A DNA stretch of 64,000 nucleotides from a virus. The notes below the pieces were generated by a model. That model had not been told where the DNA came from and did not search any database. It saw only the letters and a program-made list of their open reading frames with translations. This document shows positions 33,212 through 44,472 of this stretch, piece after piece. A program made the position numbers and the translations under genes. Each line of letters opens with the position of its first letter. Positions within the stretch are counted from its first letter, which is position 1. Location: IMG/VR virus record IMGVR_UViG_3300020027_000006, positions 11,245-75,244 of that record; one strand, given 5' to 3'.

Positions 33212-36200
33212 AGAAAAATCAGCAGGCATTGATACATATAATGTAGAAGGCAAAGAATCTAAGGTTGCCAATTATACCCCTGAACCTGATGATAACAGAA
33301 GCATAATGGAAAAACTTGCTGACCTTAGTGTAGAAAATCCAGAAGCTTATAACGAAGCAATAGACGCATTAATAGCCGAAAAAGGTGAAGATTGGTTTAA
33401 GAATCTTCGTTATGATTGGTCTATAAACGGACGACCTAAACAGTTTCCTCCACAGCCTATGGAAAAGTGGAGAGCTTGGATTTGTTTGGCAGGTCGCGGA
33501 TGGGGAAAAGATTTAAGTCCTTTAACCCCAATACTTACAGTCAATCGTGGATGGATTACATTAGATAATATTTTAGTAGGAGATGTAGTATTTGATGAGC
33601 AAGGTTCTCATACTTCAGTTACAGCTGTTTATGATACGAATCCTGAAAAATGTTATAGACTTCATTTTAGTGACGGCACTTGTATAGAGGCTGGAGAGGG
33701 ACATGAATGGGTGACTTGGGACAGACAAGACCGCAAAGCATATAGAAGGTCTACATACGAGGACGCTAATTCTTTTCCAGAAGATTGGGTTAATTGGAAG
33801 GTAAAACGTGTAACTGCTCGTACTTGGCTTAATAAAGAAAAAGTAGAGTCTGCTTTAGAATTATCTAAGGCTGGTTTTAGTAATAGAAAAATAGCTCAAA
33901 TAACAGGATTAGGGAGGCTTGCTTTGGCTAAACACATTAAAGCTGGGCGATTTATAGAAAAACCAGTTCATGAGTTTGGAAAAAACAGAGTAAAAACTTC
34001 ACAGGAAATAGTAGAAACTCTTTATCATGAGTTAGCTGACGGAAGATTAGAAACTAATCACTGTATTCCTAATACTCGACCGTTAAAGACGGAAAATAAA
34101 ATTTTGCCTATTGACCCTTATTTATTTGGTATGTGGCTTGGTGACGGTTCTAAAGCTAGTGGGCAAATCGCTACTCATAAAGATGACCTGTCTAATTTAA
34201 CCTGTGAGTTGGATAAATTAGGATACAAGTATTCAGAACATAAAGACTATATATTTAATGTTTACGGTTTAGTTACTCAACTTAAAGAGCTTGGAGTACA
34301 TAAAAACAAACATATCCCTTCAGATTATTTGTCGTCTTCCATAGACCAGAGACTATCTCTTCTGCAAGGTCTTATGGACAGTGATGGTACTGCTGATAAA
34401 GATGGCTCAAGATGTGAATTTAGTCAGAGTAATGAAACACTTGCAAAACAAGTGTATACTTTAATCGTCTCGCTTGGTATGAGTGCTCATATGACCTCTC
34501 GAATTCCAATATTAAATGGGGAAGAGAAAAAAGAAAACTGGAGAATAAGATTTACTCCTAATCTTCCAGTTTTCAGACTTCCTAGAAAACTGGAAAGATT
34601 AGATTTTTCTAGGTCTCAAATATTAAAAAGATATTGCAGATACATAATTAAAGCAGAAGAAATTGTTCCAATTCCTATGCGTTGCATAACTGTAGATTCC
34701 CCTAATTCTTTATACTTGGCAGGTGACCAATTAATCCCTACTCATAATACCAAGACAGGGGCAGAAACTACAAATATTTGGGTCAACACACATAAAAAAG
34801 GAACTCCACCTATACGTATAGCTCTTATTGGTGCAACTACTAGTGACTGTAACGCGGTCATGGTTTCTGGAAATTCTGGTATACTCAGTATTTATCCAGA
34901 TAAAGAAAAACCTGACTGGATTTCAACCAACAGAAAAGTTATTTGGCGGTATCCTGACGGAGAAGTAAAGGCTATTGCGGAATGTTTTGCTTTAGACATC
35001 AATACTGAGATACCCACACCCAAAGGGTTTAAACTTATGGGTGATATTACAGTTGGTGAACAAGTATTTGATGAAAAAGGTCTCCCTTGCAATGTAACTG
35101 CTGTAACTGATACAGGACTAGACCATAAATGTTTTGAAATAACGTTTAAAAATGGTCAAAAAATAACGGCTGATGCTGCACATCTATGGAAAATTTCTAC
35201 AGCTTCGGATAGAGATAGTAGAGTTGATAAAAGCAGAATAGTGAATTCTCAGTGGATTGCGGACAACTTTAGTGTTCCGCATAAGGGAAGAAAAAACGAT
35301 TTAAATATTTGGGTCAAATTAACAGAACCTGTATTGTACGAAGAAAAAGAGCTGTCTATTGCACCATACGTTTTAGGTGTATGGCTTGGAGATGGTGCAA
35401 ATAATAATAGTTCTTTTGTATCAGAAACTTCTGAGATTCCAGATTTCATATCATCTTTTGGTTATTCTGTAACAAAAACTAAAGCACCAATGCGTTACAC
35501 AATTTGTGGTCTTATTACTCAGCTTAAAGAGTTTGGACTTTATAGAAATAAGCATATACCTTCGATTTACAAGCAAGGGTCTATTGAGCAAAGAAAAGAA
35601 CTATTGCGGGGATTGTTAGATACAGATGGTTTTGTATCAAAAAAAGGTGCGATTGTATTCTCTAATACAAATGAAGATTTAGTTGATGGGGTGTGTGAAA
35701 TAGTTTCCAGTCTTGGTGGATGGACAACAAAAAAATTACAAAACCCAAAAAAGAATCTTCCTTATAATCAAAAACCTAGATGGAAGGTAGTTATTAGAGG
35801 GCTGTATGACCTTTTCAAACTTCCACGAAAACTGGAGAGAGTAATAATTAGAAGAGTGTCCACTGATTTGCCAGTAGTTTCACTTAAAGAAGTAGAACCA
35901 ACACCAGTTAGATGTATAACAGTAGACTCATCAGAACATCTATTTCTTGCTACTAGAAGCTATATTGTGACCTCAAACAGTGCAGAGGAGCCTGAGCGTC
36001 TTCGAGGCCCACAATTTAATTATGCGTGGTGTTTGATTGGAGAAACTCCAGTGTTAATGGAGAATTTTACAACCAAACCTTTGAAAGATATTAAAGAGGG
36101 AGAATATGTACGAACGAGAGACGGGGCTAAGAAAGTATTAGCTTCTTATCTTACCAAAGAAAATGCTGACTTGTATGAGTTACTTCTTATGGACGGAAGA

Positions 36201-37940
36201 GTTATTATAGGTACAGGTGAGCATCCTGTATATTTATCAGATTCAGGATTTACTCAACTTCAAAATATTAAAGAGGGAGATTTTGTATTATGTGCAAGTC
36301 CTGTATCAAATTCGACGGAGGAGTTTATCATCTTAGAGGAAACTCTCCTTATTATCAAACAAGTATTAGACTTCATAGAGAGGTATGGAGATACCACAAC
36401 GGAAGAATCCCAGAAGGACATCATATCCACCATAAAAACGAGGATAGAACAGATAATTCAGTTGAAAATTTGGAGTGCCTCACAAAAGAAGAGCATTCAA
36501 GAATTCACGGAACTAAGCGATTTGCGGAGTTTAGAGAGCTGGCTGTTGCAAATTCAATTAAATCTAGGGAGCACAATAGAAAAGAACTACTTAAAAGAAT
36601 TTTATTATGTAAATTATGCGGAAAAGAGTTTAGCAGCGGGTCAAAACATCCAAGACAACTATGCTCTCAAAAATGCATGGATGAACTTAGAAACACATCA
36701 TACACAGGAGAATCCAGATTATGTGCTTTTTGCGGAGAAGAGTACACTACATCAAAAAATGCTCAAAAATATTGTTCCAAACTATGCAATAACAGAGTAC
36801 ATGCGGACAGAGCCAGTAAACTGGTTGCTAAAACAATTAAATGTGTTATTTGTAAAATTGAATTCAATTCAAAACGATTCAATGCAAGATTTTGTAGCAC
36901 AAAATGCTCTAAATCTATACGATATGAAAGTGGTAGGCGTAAAAAAATTAGCGAAGAAATCAGACGTTTATGATTTAACTATTGAGGACAGTCATGAGTT
37001 TTTTGCAAACGGTGTTCTTGTGCATAATTGTGATGAATTAGCTGCTTGGCGTTATCAGGCAGCATGGGATATGTTAATGTTTGGTCTTCGTTTAGGAGAC
37101 AACCCACAGGTCATAGTGACTACTACTCCTAGACCTTTTCCTATTTTGCTCGATGTACTTAAATTAAAGACCAGCTGGACAACAATAGGTACAACTTATG
37201 AGAATCGTTCTAACTTAGCCCCTGCTTTTTTTAGTGACATCATAAACAAATATGAGGATTCAGCACTTGGTCGTCAAGAATTAATGGCCGAAATAATTGA
37301 AGAAGTTCCAAACGCTATGTGGAATGAGAAAAACATTGAGGCTAACAGACGTGATTATAGTGATATAATTAATCTTCCAGAAATGTTAAGTATGGTTATA
37401 GCTATTGACCCCGCAACTACTAGTAGAAGTGGTTCTGCAGAAACCGGTATGTGTGTAGCGGGTTATGGAGAAGATGACCATTTCTATATATATCATTTAG
37501 ACGCAGTATCTATGCAGCCTGATAAATGGGCAACTCGTGCTCTCAATTTATTTGAGGACTATAACTGTGATAAATTAATAGCAGAGGTTAATAATGGAGG
37601 AGATTTAGTAGAAACAGTTATAAAATCTATTAATCCTATGCAAAAAGTATACCCTGTTTATGCATCTCGCGGTAAAATTACTCGTGCTGAACCTATTGCA
37701 GCTCTTTATGAGCAAAATCGTGTTCATCATATAGGAAGATTTTTAGAGGGTGAACGTCAAATGACTACATTTAATCCGCTAGAGAACCCTCACGGTCTTA
37801 AAGATATGGTAGACGCTTTGGTTTGGGCAGTCACTTGGCTGGTTAATACTACTCAAGGTAAAAATACTTTTAAACCGGCAGTTGGGGGTTCTCGCACAAA
37901 ATTATCAAATTATAGAAAAATATTTAATACAGATTTTTAA
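33204..37940 (+). CDS. terL: Terminase large subunit with three inteins
   Basis: Spliced exteins: AGRGWGK|TKTG (Walker A), F|SAEEPERLRGPQ, W|CDELAAW (Walker B), VTTTPRP, AIDPA, AEVNNGG, DMVDA. Confidence 0.95.
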   Translation: MSKEKSAGIDTYNVEGKESKVANYTPEPDDNRSIMEKLADLSVENPEAYNEAIDALIAEKGEDWFKNLRYDWSINGRPKQFPPQPMEKWRAWICLAGRGWGKDLSPLTPILTVNRGWITLDNILVGDVVFDEQGSHTSVTAVYDTNPEKCYRLHFSDGTCIEAGEGHEWVTWDRQDRKAYRRSTYEDANSFPEDWVNWKVKRVTARTWLNKEKVESALELSKAGFSNRKIAQITGLGRLALAKHIKAGRFIEKPVHEFGKNRVKTSQEIVETLYHELADGRLETNHCIPNTRPLKTENKILPIDPYLFGMWLGDGSKASGQIATHKDDLSNLTCELDKLGYKYSEHKDYIFNVYGLVTQLKELGVHKNKHIPSDYLSSSIDQRLSLLQGLMDSDGTADKDGSRCEFSQSNETLAKQVYTLIVSLGMSAHMTSRIPILNGEEKKENWRIRFTPNLPVFRLPRKLERLDFSRSQILKRYCRYIIKAEEIVPIPMRCITVDSPNSLYLAGDQLIPTHNTKTGAETTNIWVNTHKKGTPPIRIALIGATTSDCNAVMVSGNSGILSIYPDKEKPDWISTNRKVIWRYPDGEVKAIAECFALDINTEIPTPKGFKLMGDITVGEQVFDEKGLPCNVTAVTDTGLDHKCFEITFKNGQKITADAAHLWKISTASDRDSRVDKSRIVNSQWIADNFSVPHKGRKNDLNIWVKLTEPVLYEEKELSIAPYVLGVWLGDGANNNSSFVSETSEIPDFISSFGYSVTKTKAPMRYTICGLITQLKEFGLYRNKHIPSIYKQGSIEQRKELLRGLLDTDGFVSKKGAIVFSNTNEDLVDGVCEIVSSLGGWTTKKLQNPKKNLPYNQKPRWKVVIRGLYDLFKLPRKLERVIIRRVSTDLPVVSLKEVEPTPVRCITVDSSEHLFLATRSYIVTSNSAEEPERLRGPQFNYAWCLIGETPVLMENFTTKPLKDIKEGEYVRTRDGAKKVLASYLTKENADLYELLLMDGRVIIGTGEHPVYLSDSGFTQLQNIKEGDFVLCASPVSNSTEEFIILEETLLIIKQVLDFIERYGDTTTEESQKDIISTIKTRIEQIIQLKIWSASQKKSIQEFTELSDLRSLESWLLQIQLNLGSTIEKNYLKEFYYVNYAEKSLAAGQNIQDNYALKNAWMNLETHHTQENPDYVLFAEKSTLHQKMLKNIVPNYAITEYMRTEPVNWLLKQLNVLFVKLNSIQNDSMQDFVAQNALNLYDMKVVGVKKLAKKSDVYDLTIEDSHEFFANGVLVHNCDELAAWRYQAAWDMLMFGLRLGDNPQVIVTTTPRPFPILLDVLKLKTSWTTIGTTYENRSNLAPAFFSDIINKYEDSALGRQELMAEIIEEVPNAMWNEKNIEANRRDYSDIINLPEMLSMVIAIDPATTSRSGSAETGMCVAGYGEDDHFYIYHLDAVSMQPDKWATRALNLFEDYNCDKLIAEVNNGGDLVETVIKSINPMQKVYPVYASRGKITRAEPIAALYEQNRVHHIGRFLEGERQMTTFNPLENPHGLKDMVDALVWAVTWLVNTTQGKNTFKPAVGGSRTKLSNYRKIFNTDF
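33510..34748 (+). mobile_element. Intein 1 (class-3-like, Asp at position 1) with LAGLIDADG and HTH insert
   Basis: GK|DLSPLTPILT...GHEW...GMWLGDG...GLMDSDG...MRCITVD...IPTHN|T. Confidence 0.85.
34989..35978 (+). mobile_element. Intein 2 (class-3-like, Ala start, SN end) with LAGLIDADG
   Basis: F|ALDINTEIPT...AAHLW...GVWLGDG...GLLDTDG...VRCITVD...IVTSN|S. Confidence 0.85.
36030..37028 (+). mobile_element. Intein 3 (class 1) with nested out-of-frame HNH gene
   Basis: W|CLIGETPV...GTGEHPV...VYDLTIEDSHEFFANGVLVHN|C. Confidence 0.9.
36290..36973 (+). CDS. HNH endonuclease with Zn-finger repeats, alternative frame inside intein 3
   Basis: RLHREVW...IPEGHHIHHKNEDRTDNSVENL plus three CxxC...CSxxC units. 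Confidence 0.85.
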   Translation: MCKSCIKFDGGVYHLRGNSPYYQTSIRLHREVWRYHNGRIPEGHHIHHKNEDRTDNSVENLECLTKEEHSRIHGTKRFAEFRELAVANSIKSREHNRKELLKRILLCKLCGKEFSSGSKHPRQLCSQKCMDELRNTSYTGESRLCAFCGEEYTTSKNAQKYCSKLCNNRVHADRASKLVAKTIKCVICKIEFNSKRFNARFCSTKCSKSIRYESGRRKKISEEIRRL

Positions 37941-38632
37941 GGAGCGTTATGGAAGAAAATAATCTGAGGAACAAGAACATGGACAAGCTGAATAATAAAG
38001 AGCACAAAGCTTGGGAAAATTATGAAAAAACCCGAGATGTAAAATATTTACAGGTTGTCAAAGACTGTATAGATAAACGAAGCAGACTCCTTGAATCTAA
38101 GAAGCCTGCTATGTATAGTGCCTTTTTCGGAGAGGTAGCATGAAAAAATTGAATAAAGCAAAATTATATCCTTTAAAAAGTAATACAGATTGTGAGAATG
38201 CTGATACTGTTCCAACATCAGGAGTAATAGGTAACGGAGACAGTATAGGTCAAATGGCTAGATGTAAGCCTATACTAAATAGGTTCACTCCGCAAAACCT
38301 TAAAAAATCTTCTAAATCTAATAAAAACAAATAATTATTTACTATTTGATTTGTAATTAGGTTTCTTTTATATTATACTGGTTTTTTAGGAGTATTTATG
38401 GAAGAAGCTTATATTTATACTGATTTAAACGAAGTTCCTATTAAGTGGCGTACATATAAAGGAGCCCGTCTTAGTCTGTCTCAAATAAATGACATAATGT
38501 CGTATGCCTACAGTAATAAAATAGAGTTAAACGATAATTTTATACCTGATTACGGCAATGCACGTCTTAATTTAGAGGTTAAGTATGAAATTAAGAATAA
38601 TTTTTGGGTGACAAAAGAAGAGGATTTATAAT

Positions 38633-41600
38633 ATGGCTTTACTCATGAACTCTGCTGGGGCATCTGCAGCTGACCCTATACTTCGTAATATCGGTATAGA
38701 ACTAGTTACTGCTAGTTCTACTATGGACATCGGAGTATTGACCGAAGTTTGGGTAGATACGGTCGCCGGTTTTGCAGACACTAATTCTATTAAGGCTAGT
38801 CTTTCACCAGTTGCCACTGTTCTTATTAGTGGTAATGCTGGTACATATGATGATACTACTAAACGATATACAATTACGTCTACTACAGGTCTTTCAGTTG
38901 GTGATTACCTTTATTTATCGCATGCGTCTCTGACCGCAGGGCTATATAAAATTGCAAGCATACCGTCTGGTGGACAAGTAACAATAATTTCCAATCCTCT
39001 TAATGGAACAGGGAATAAAACGGCTATTGCTTATCAGGTTGCATGGCGTTATTTAGGCATAACTGGAACATCCCCTATTATTTCATCAGCAGGGGGTCAA
39101 ATAAATTATCTAAAGACTCGTGCAGCTGATTCAGCCACTAACATAACCGATAGTTCAGATACTTTTTATGTACGAGATGCTCCTAGTGGGATTAATTTTA
39201 TACTTATTGATGGAAAAGACTATACTTTACAAACAACAGTAGATACAACACCTTCTTTTGGATTTTTACCCTCTTGGACAAATAAAGGAGGAGTTAGTCA
39301 TGTAGAATTAGCTTCTCATTCTGTTCAAAGTGTAAACAATTTTCAATGGGGAGACACAACTACATCTGAAAAAACTTTATCTGCTGCACTATCTTCTGGG
39401 TTTACCCTTACTGGTGGAGATGGAGTTAAATATGGTAGGCTACTTTTAAAATCTTCTGCTAGTGCGGCTGTGACTTATGGAATTGATATAAGTATAACAG
39501 TAGACAGTGCAGGCCCAGTATTAGTGTTTGGAGCCTATGGAAGATAATGATATTTAAAAAAGCTGATTTTACAGAAATATGGTTTAAATTAGAATCTAAC
39601 GAAGAGTTAGGAGTACTTGATACCGGCTATATAGAAGATTATTATGGTGTAAATGGACAGCTTACATTAGAAAATATTTCTACTAATACTGAATATATTA
39701 TATTAATGAATGAGTCAGTAGATTCAGTACATAAAACTATTTTCATAGGGTATTTAGATTTAAGAAGTTTACCGAACGGGGACTATATATTAAAAGGTAG
39801 AGTGAGAGACGTAATAGGTAATTATACTGTCTTATCCAGATTTCATTTATTGAATTCTGGAAATATAGTGCCTTACAGTTTAACAGTCACAAGTTCTGCT
39901 GATTATGGTTCGGTAACAATAGGAGGATTAACGTTGTCCGGTGGATTCACTATGACAGGTTCAATATCTATTAACACAGTCACTTCTACTCGGTTTGAAA
40001 CTAGTGAATCTACTGTTACTCATATTGTAAGTGACATTAATATTTTAACATCCGTTTCATCTGATATGAAAACAATAGTTAAATTAAATGGAGACACGAC
40101 CTTAAACGCGAGATTTTAATTATGGCAATTTATTCAGAAACATTTGGGTTTATAATAACTATTAACACCGGACAGGGTTTAGACTCTGCAACTAATTTTA
40201 GACTGCGTATAAAACCACCGACCGGCTCTACTGTAGATAAACTTTTAACTGACTCCGCTATCTTATCCCCTAAATCCGCAGGTAAGGTTGTATATGATGT
40301 AGTAGAAGGTGACTTCCCCGTAGGTGGAAAATACTATATTCAGTTATTTGATGAGACTGCCGGAAGAAGATTAGCCAGTGCAATTTTGACTTTAGACGTA
40401 AAACAAAGCTTAACTATATGAAAATCGCGATAGAGCATTTATTCACAGGTGAAACTACTCCTGTATCTAGCTATGATTCAACTAAAACTAATTTAGGGAC
40501 ACTCATAAAACAATATAATTTAGGCTCAAACCCTGAAGATAAGTTTGCTGCTCCTATACGTGCATCGGTTGCTCGTCCGATGGAGGCTTCTACAGGTATA
40601 GCTGTAGCATATCCTTGCCCAATTAGAATGACAGATAATTTAGATTATGTGTTTTTTGCTGAAAATTTAGCAGCAGCTGTAACCAGACGCATAGTAATGT
40701 ATACTTTTGATAGAAATACTTCCGACTGGGCTTGGATAGGCTATATAACTCTAACCTATCAAACCGCTACTGCTCATACTATCCGTGGATTTGAAATGAC
40801 GAGAGATTTATATACAACTGGCACGGTATCGGTTAGTGGTACAGCAGTAACAGGAACGGGAAGTGATTGGTCTATCTCAAAACTGTCTGCAGGTAGTCGT
40901 ATAGGTTTTGGTTCAACTGACCCAAAAAATATTACGACTTGGTATGAAATATCAGCAATAGGAAGTGATACAGGAATAACTTTAACAAGTACTGCTGGCA
41001 CAATAGGAGCTGGTGCTTCTTATATAATAGAAGATTGGCGTGCAGTTATGGCAACGTCTAATGCAACAACTACTAATGGTGGAGTATATGTAGTCAAAGG
41101 ACTTAGACCAGAATTATTTGTATCTAATGGAACTGCGATTACAGCAGCTACTACAGTTGATAATATACGTGGTATTTATTGGTTGGCTGATGCAGCTACT
41201 GTTTTAAACATAACTGCAGCTGGATGTGCTTTAGAAGCTAAAACATCTTGGAGTTCTCAATATGCATATGTACTAGATACATCAGGTCGAGTTTACAAAT
41301 ATAATATACGAGCTTCTTTATCAGGTCTAGCAGCTGGCAAGTCAGTATCTGGATTTGTATTTAGAACAGGAGTGCAAGCTGTAACTGGAACAATGTCTCA
41401 GACAGATAATGGAGTTGTTGTAACAGCAGCTCATGGAACAGGCAACGGTATTCCGAGTCTTTACTTTGTAACCACTACTCGTGTATATAGGGCTGCTATT
41501 TCTAATATAACTGACGCTTCTACTACTTGGCTTTCTGACAATATGGTTGAAATACCGCCGGGTTCGGCCTCTACTTTTCTTCCAAATTCCGTACTCGCTT

Positions 41601-42801
41601 TTGTAGAGTATTCTGGTTATGCTGATAGATTTATTATCATGTCAACAGGTGCAGCTGGTGCTCGTAATTATGTTACTCGATATAACACAATATCTGACCC
41701 TATGGATATGATGTTTTTAGTTGACACTAAAAACCTTGACCATAGCCTTGCTGACACAGACAGCCCTCCTAATCCGTCTATAAATGCTACTCCTATGACA
41801 ACTTGGAGTGAAGGTGGTTTGCTTTATATATGTAGGAACGGAGCTACTATCGCTCTTAATCAGGTATATGCAATACCGATAGGAGCACATTGGGGTTTGA
41901 ACATTGCAGAATCTGTTATTACCCCTGAGATAGTTTTAGGTGCAGCTACTAAACTTTATAGACTTTATGTAAGCAGTGTAAAGTGGTTAGGTTCAGGTGC
42001 TTTTAGATTACCAGTTGATGCTTTTCGTGTTTACTATCGAACCAGTGGAATAAATGATAATAGCGGAAGCTGGACAATGTTAAATGAAGGATATGACCTT
42101 TCAGGTGTGTCCCCTACCTCCACTATTCAATTTAAGTTTGAATTTAGAGTAGTTGGAAGTTACAGTCTTACTGCTCGTATAATAGGGTTGACTGTTGTAT
42201 GTGAAACAGGTGATTATTTACCTTCACAATATGCTTGGAATTATTCTGATATGAATACATCTGATGGAACAGTTGGATTTATTCAAAAATCTTTGTTCAG
42301 TATAACTATACCTGTCCATGAAATAAATTATTATCGTGCAGACACGGACGCTTTAGTCCTTACACAAAGTTCTAATTCTACTACAAACGGAATTTTTGAA
42401 TACTGGAACGGCTCCTCTTGGGTTGCTGGTACAGGCACAGATACTCTGGAATTACGTAGAAGATTTAGACCAACTGCAGGTCTTCCGTCTGGAGTTGACG
42501 TGTACGCTAAAATTCAGACTCAGGGAGATTAAAAATGGCTAATAATTTACTCTTAAAAGGATTTTATCTATTAAAAAAGGCTGAAGTTATCACTACAATT
42601 TCTTTAATAGGTGCGGACAAACAAATAGTTCAAGACATCGGTACTATCTCTGATTTAATAATGAGAGGCAAAAACATATCATCAACTTCTGATAATGACC
42701 TATATAATTATAATATACTGTATAAAGATAACTCTTTTCAATTCAGAATAAATGAAGACAGTATAAGCCCTACAATTATTTTCTCCGCGTTTGGAAGATA
42801 A
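38633..42801 (+). other. Virion structural/fibre-associated gene cluster (38633, 39547, 40122, 40418, 42535)
   Basis: Ser/Thr/Gly-rich beta proteins; YTTGTVSVSGTAVTGTGSDW fibre-type motif; 40122 BppU-N-like. Confidence 0.6.
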
Positions 42802-42879
42802 TTTAAAAATATAGTGAACAAACTTGCAATCTTTTTTAAAATGCAGTAAAGTAATAACATATTTGTAAAATATTAGTTT

Positions 42880-43746
42880 ATGATAGAAAGAGTATGTGGA
42901 CATTGTAAAGTTCAAATCTTAATTAAACCTCATAAGGTAAAATCTATTAACTTTTGCAAAACAGTTTGTTTTAACGAGTATAGAAAAAGAAAGCCTAATG
43001 GTTTGAGTACAAAAATTAAAAAGCAATGCTTAAATTGCGGTAAAGATATTTTTGTTCGAAAAGCTGGAGCAGATAGAAAGAAATTCTGTAGCAGAGGCTG
43101 CCATGATATTTACCGTAAAGGAAGCAAAAGAGAGGCTTTTAGTGAAGAGCATAAGAAAAATATAAGTAAATCTGCAAGGACTAGAGTTCTAACAGATGAT
43201 GGAAGAAGAAAAATAAGCGAAGCCAGAAAGAAACAGTACGTGGAAGGTAAAGCTCCTCAAATGTTTCAAAAAGGACATGAGGTTAAAGCTGAATGGAGAG
43301 AAGCGGGTAGGAAAGCAAATATTGGAAGTGCAAGGCATACTGTTCCTCATAGGGAAGAAACTAAGGAAAAGCTTAGACAGTTAAAACTCGGAACGAAACT
43401 TACTGAGGAAACAAAAGCTAAGTTAGCCATTTCTAAAGCTAGACAAGGAAAAAAGAAGGGGTTTACTTACATTGAGAAACTTCTTTACGGTTATTTAGAT
43501 AATAATTTAATCGTTTATGAAAAACAACATCCTTTAGGTAGTTTTGTGGCTGATGCTTTTATACAACATAAGTTATTAGTTATTGAGGCAGATGGAACTT
43601 ATTGGCACTCTACTCCGAGAGGTATAGAGACTGGCTTAAGAAAGGATAAATTTATAGAATCTTTGGGATTACGAATGATTCGAATACCTGAAGTAGATTT
43701 TAACAATGGAAAATACATTAAGACTTTGAATGATTTATTCTTGTAA
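42880..43746 (+). CDS. Homing endonuclease: Zn fingers, NUMOD3 and Vsr/DUF559-like nuclease
   Basis: HREETKEKL, TEETKAKL; VADAF...VIEADGTYWH...RKDK. Confidence 0.8.
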   Translation: MIERVCGHCKVQILIKPHKVKSINFCKTVCFNEYRKRKPNGLSTKIKKQCLNCGKDIFVRKAGADRKKFCSRGCHDIYRKGSKREAFSEEHKKNISKSARTRVLTDDGRRKISEARKKQYVEGKAPQMFQKGHEVKAEWREAGRKANIGSARHTVPHREETKEKLRQLKLGTKLTEETKAKLAISKARQGKKKGFTYIEKLLYGYLDNNLIVYEKQHPLGSFVADAFIQHKLLVIEADGTYWHSTPRGIETGLRKDKFIESLGLRMIRIPEVDFNNGKYIKTLNDLFL

Positions 43747-43773
43747 CTTAGTGATTATAAAGGAGATAAAATT

Positions 43774-44325
43774 ATGAGTGCAACTTTTAACTGGGATGAA
43801 GATACAGGAGTTCAAACAGGCTCACCAACTAAAGGTACAACTCGTACCGCAGGTGTAACTGACGTTAACTGGAAAAACAGCGGTACACAAGGTACAGCAT
43901 ATACAGCCGCTCCTATAACAGCGGGCAATAACAGTTTTGAAAAATGGCAGTTTGGACACTTTTCAGGGACTTATAACCAAATTCTTAACGGACTTTGGGC
44001 ACATACAGCTGGTACAGCGGGAACTGGTCTTACTCTTAAAGGAGCTCCTGCTTGCACAGGTGATGGTGATAGACTTCTTTACACTACCCCATCTGCTACA
44101 ACTAACGCAGCCTTAACTAATACAATGACAACTGCTATTGCTATTGGTTCTGGTGTAGGAGTTTGTTTTGGAGCTACAGGCCCAGAAGCCACTGGTAAAG
44201 CTACTTCTACAACTGCGAATCCAGCATACACTAATTATTTAACTACACAGTTACAGACTACAGGTAGTGCAGCTGCGGGTGATAGTTCGAGTCTTACCCT
44301 GACCCTCCAATACAACGAAAATTAG
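43774..44325 (+). CDS. Putative virion structural protein
   Basis: Thr/Gly/Ala-rich, PITAGNNSFEKW; AAGGAG RBS. Confidence 0.6.
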   Translation: MSATFNWDEDTGVQTGSPTKGTTRTAGVTDVNWKNSGTQGTAYTAAPITAGNNSFEKWQFGHFSGTYNQILNGLWAHTAGTAGTGLTLKGAPACTGDGDRLLYTTPSATTNAALTNTMTTAIAIGSGVGVCFGATGPEATGKATSTTANPAYTNYLTTQLQTTGSAAAGDSSSLTLTLQYNEN

Positions 44326-44472
44326 CATAGTTTTCATATTTTGTCAAGGCAATGTTTACAAGACCTTGACGTTTCAGTATGATGAAAAGACACATAAACT
44401 GAAATATTAACTTGACAAGTGAAAATTACTAATTTATAATTATTCTTGTAGGTATTTTTACAGGAGTAATTT

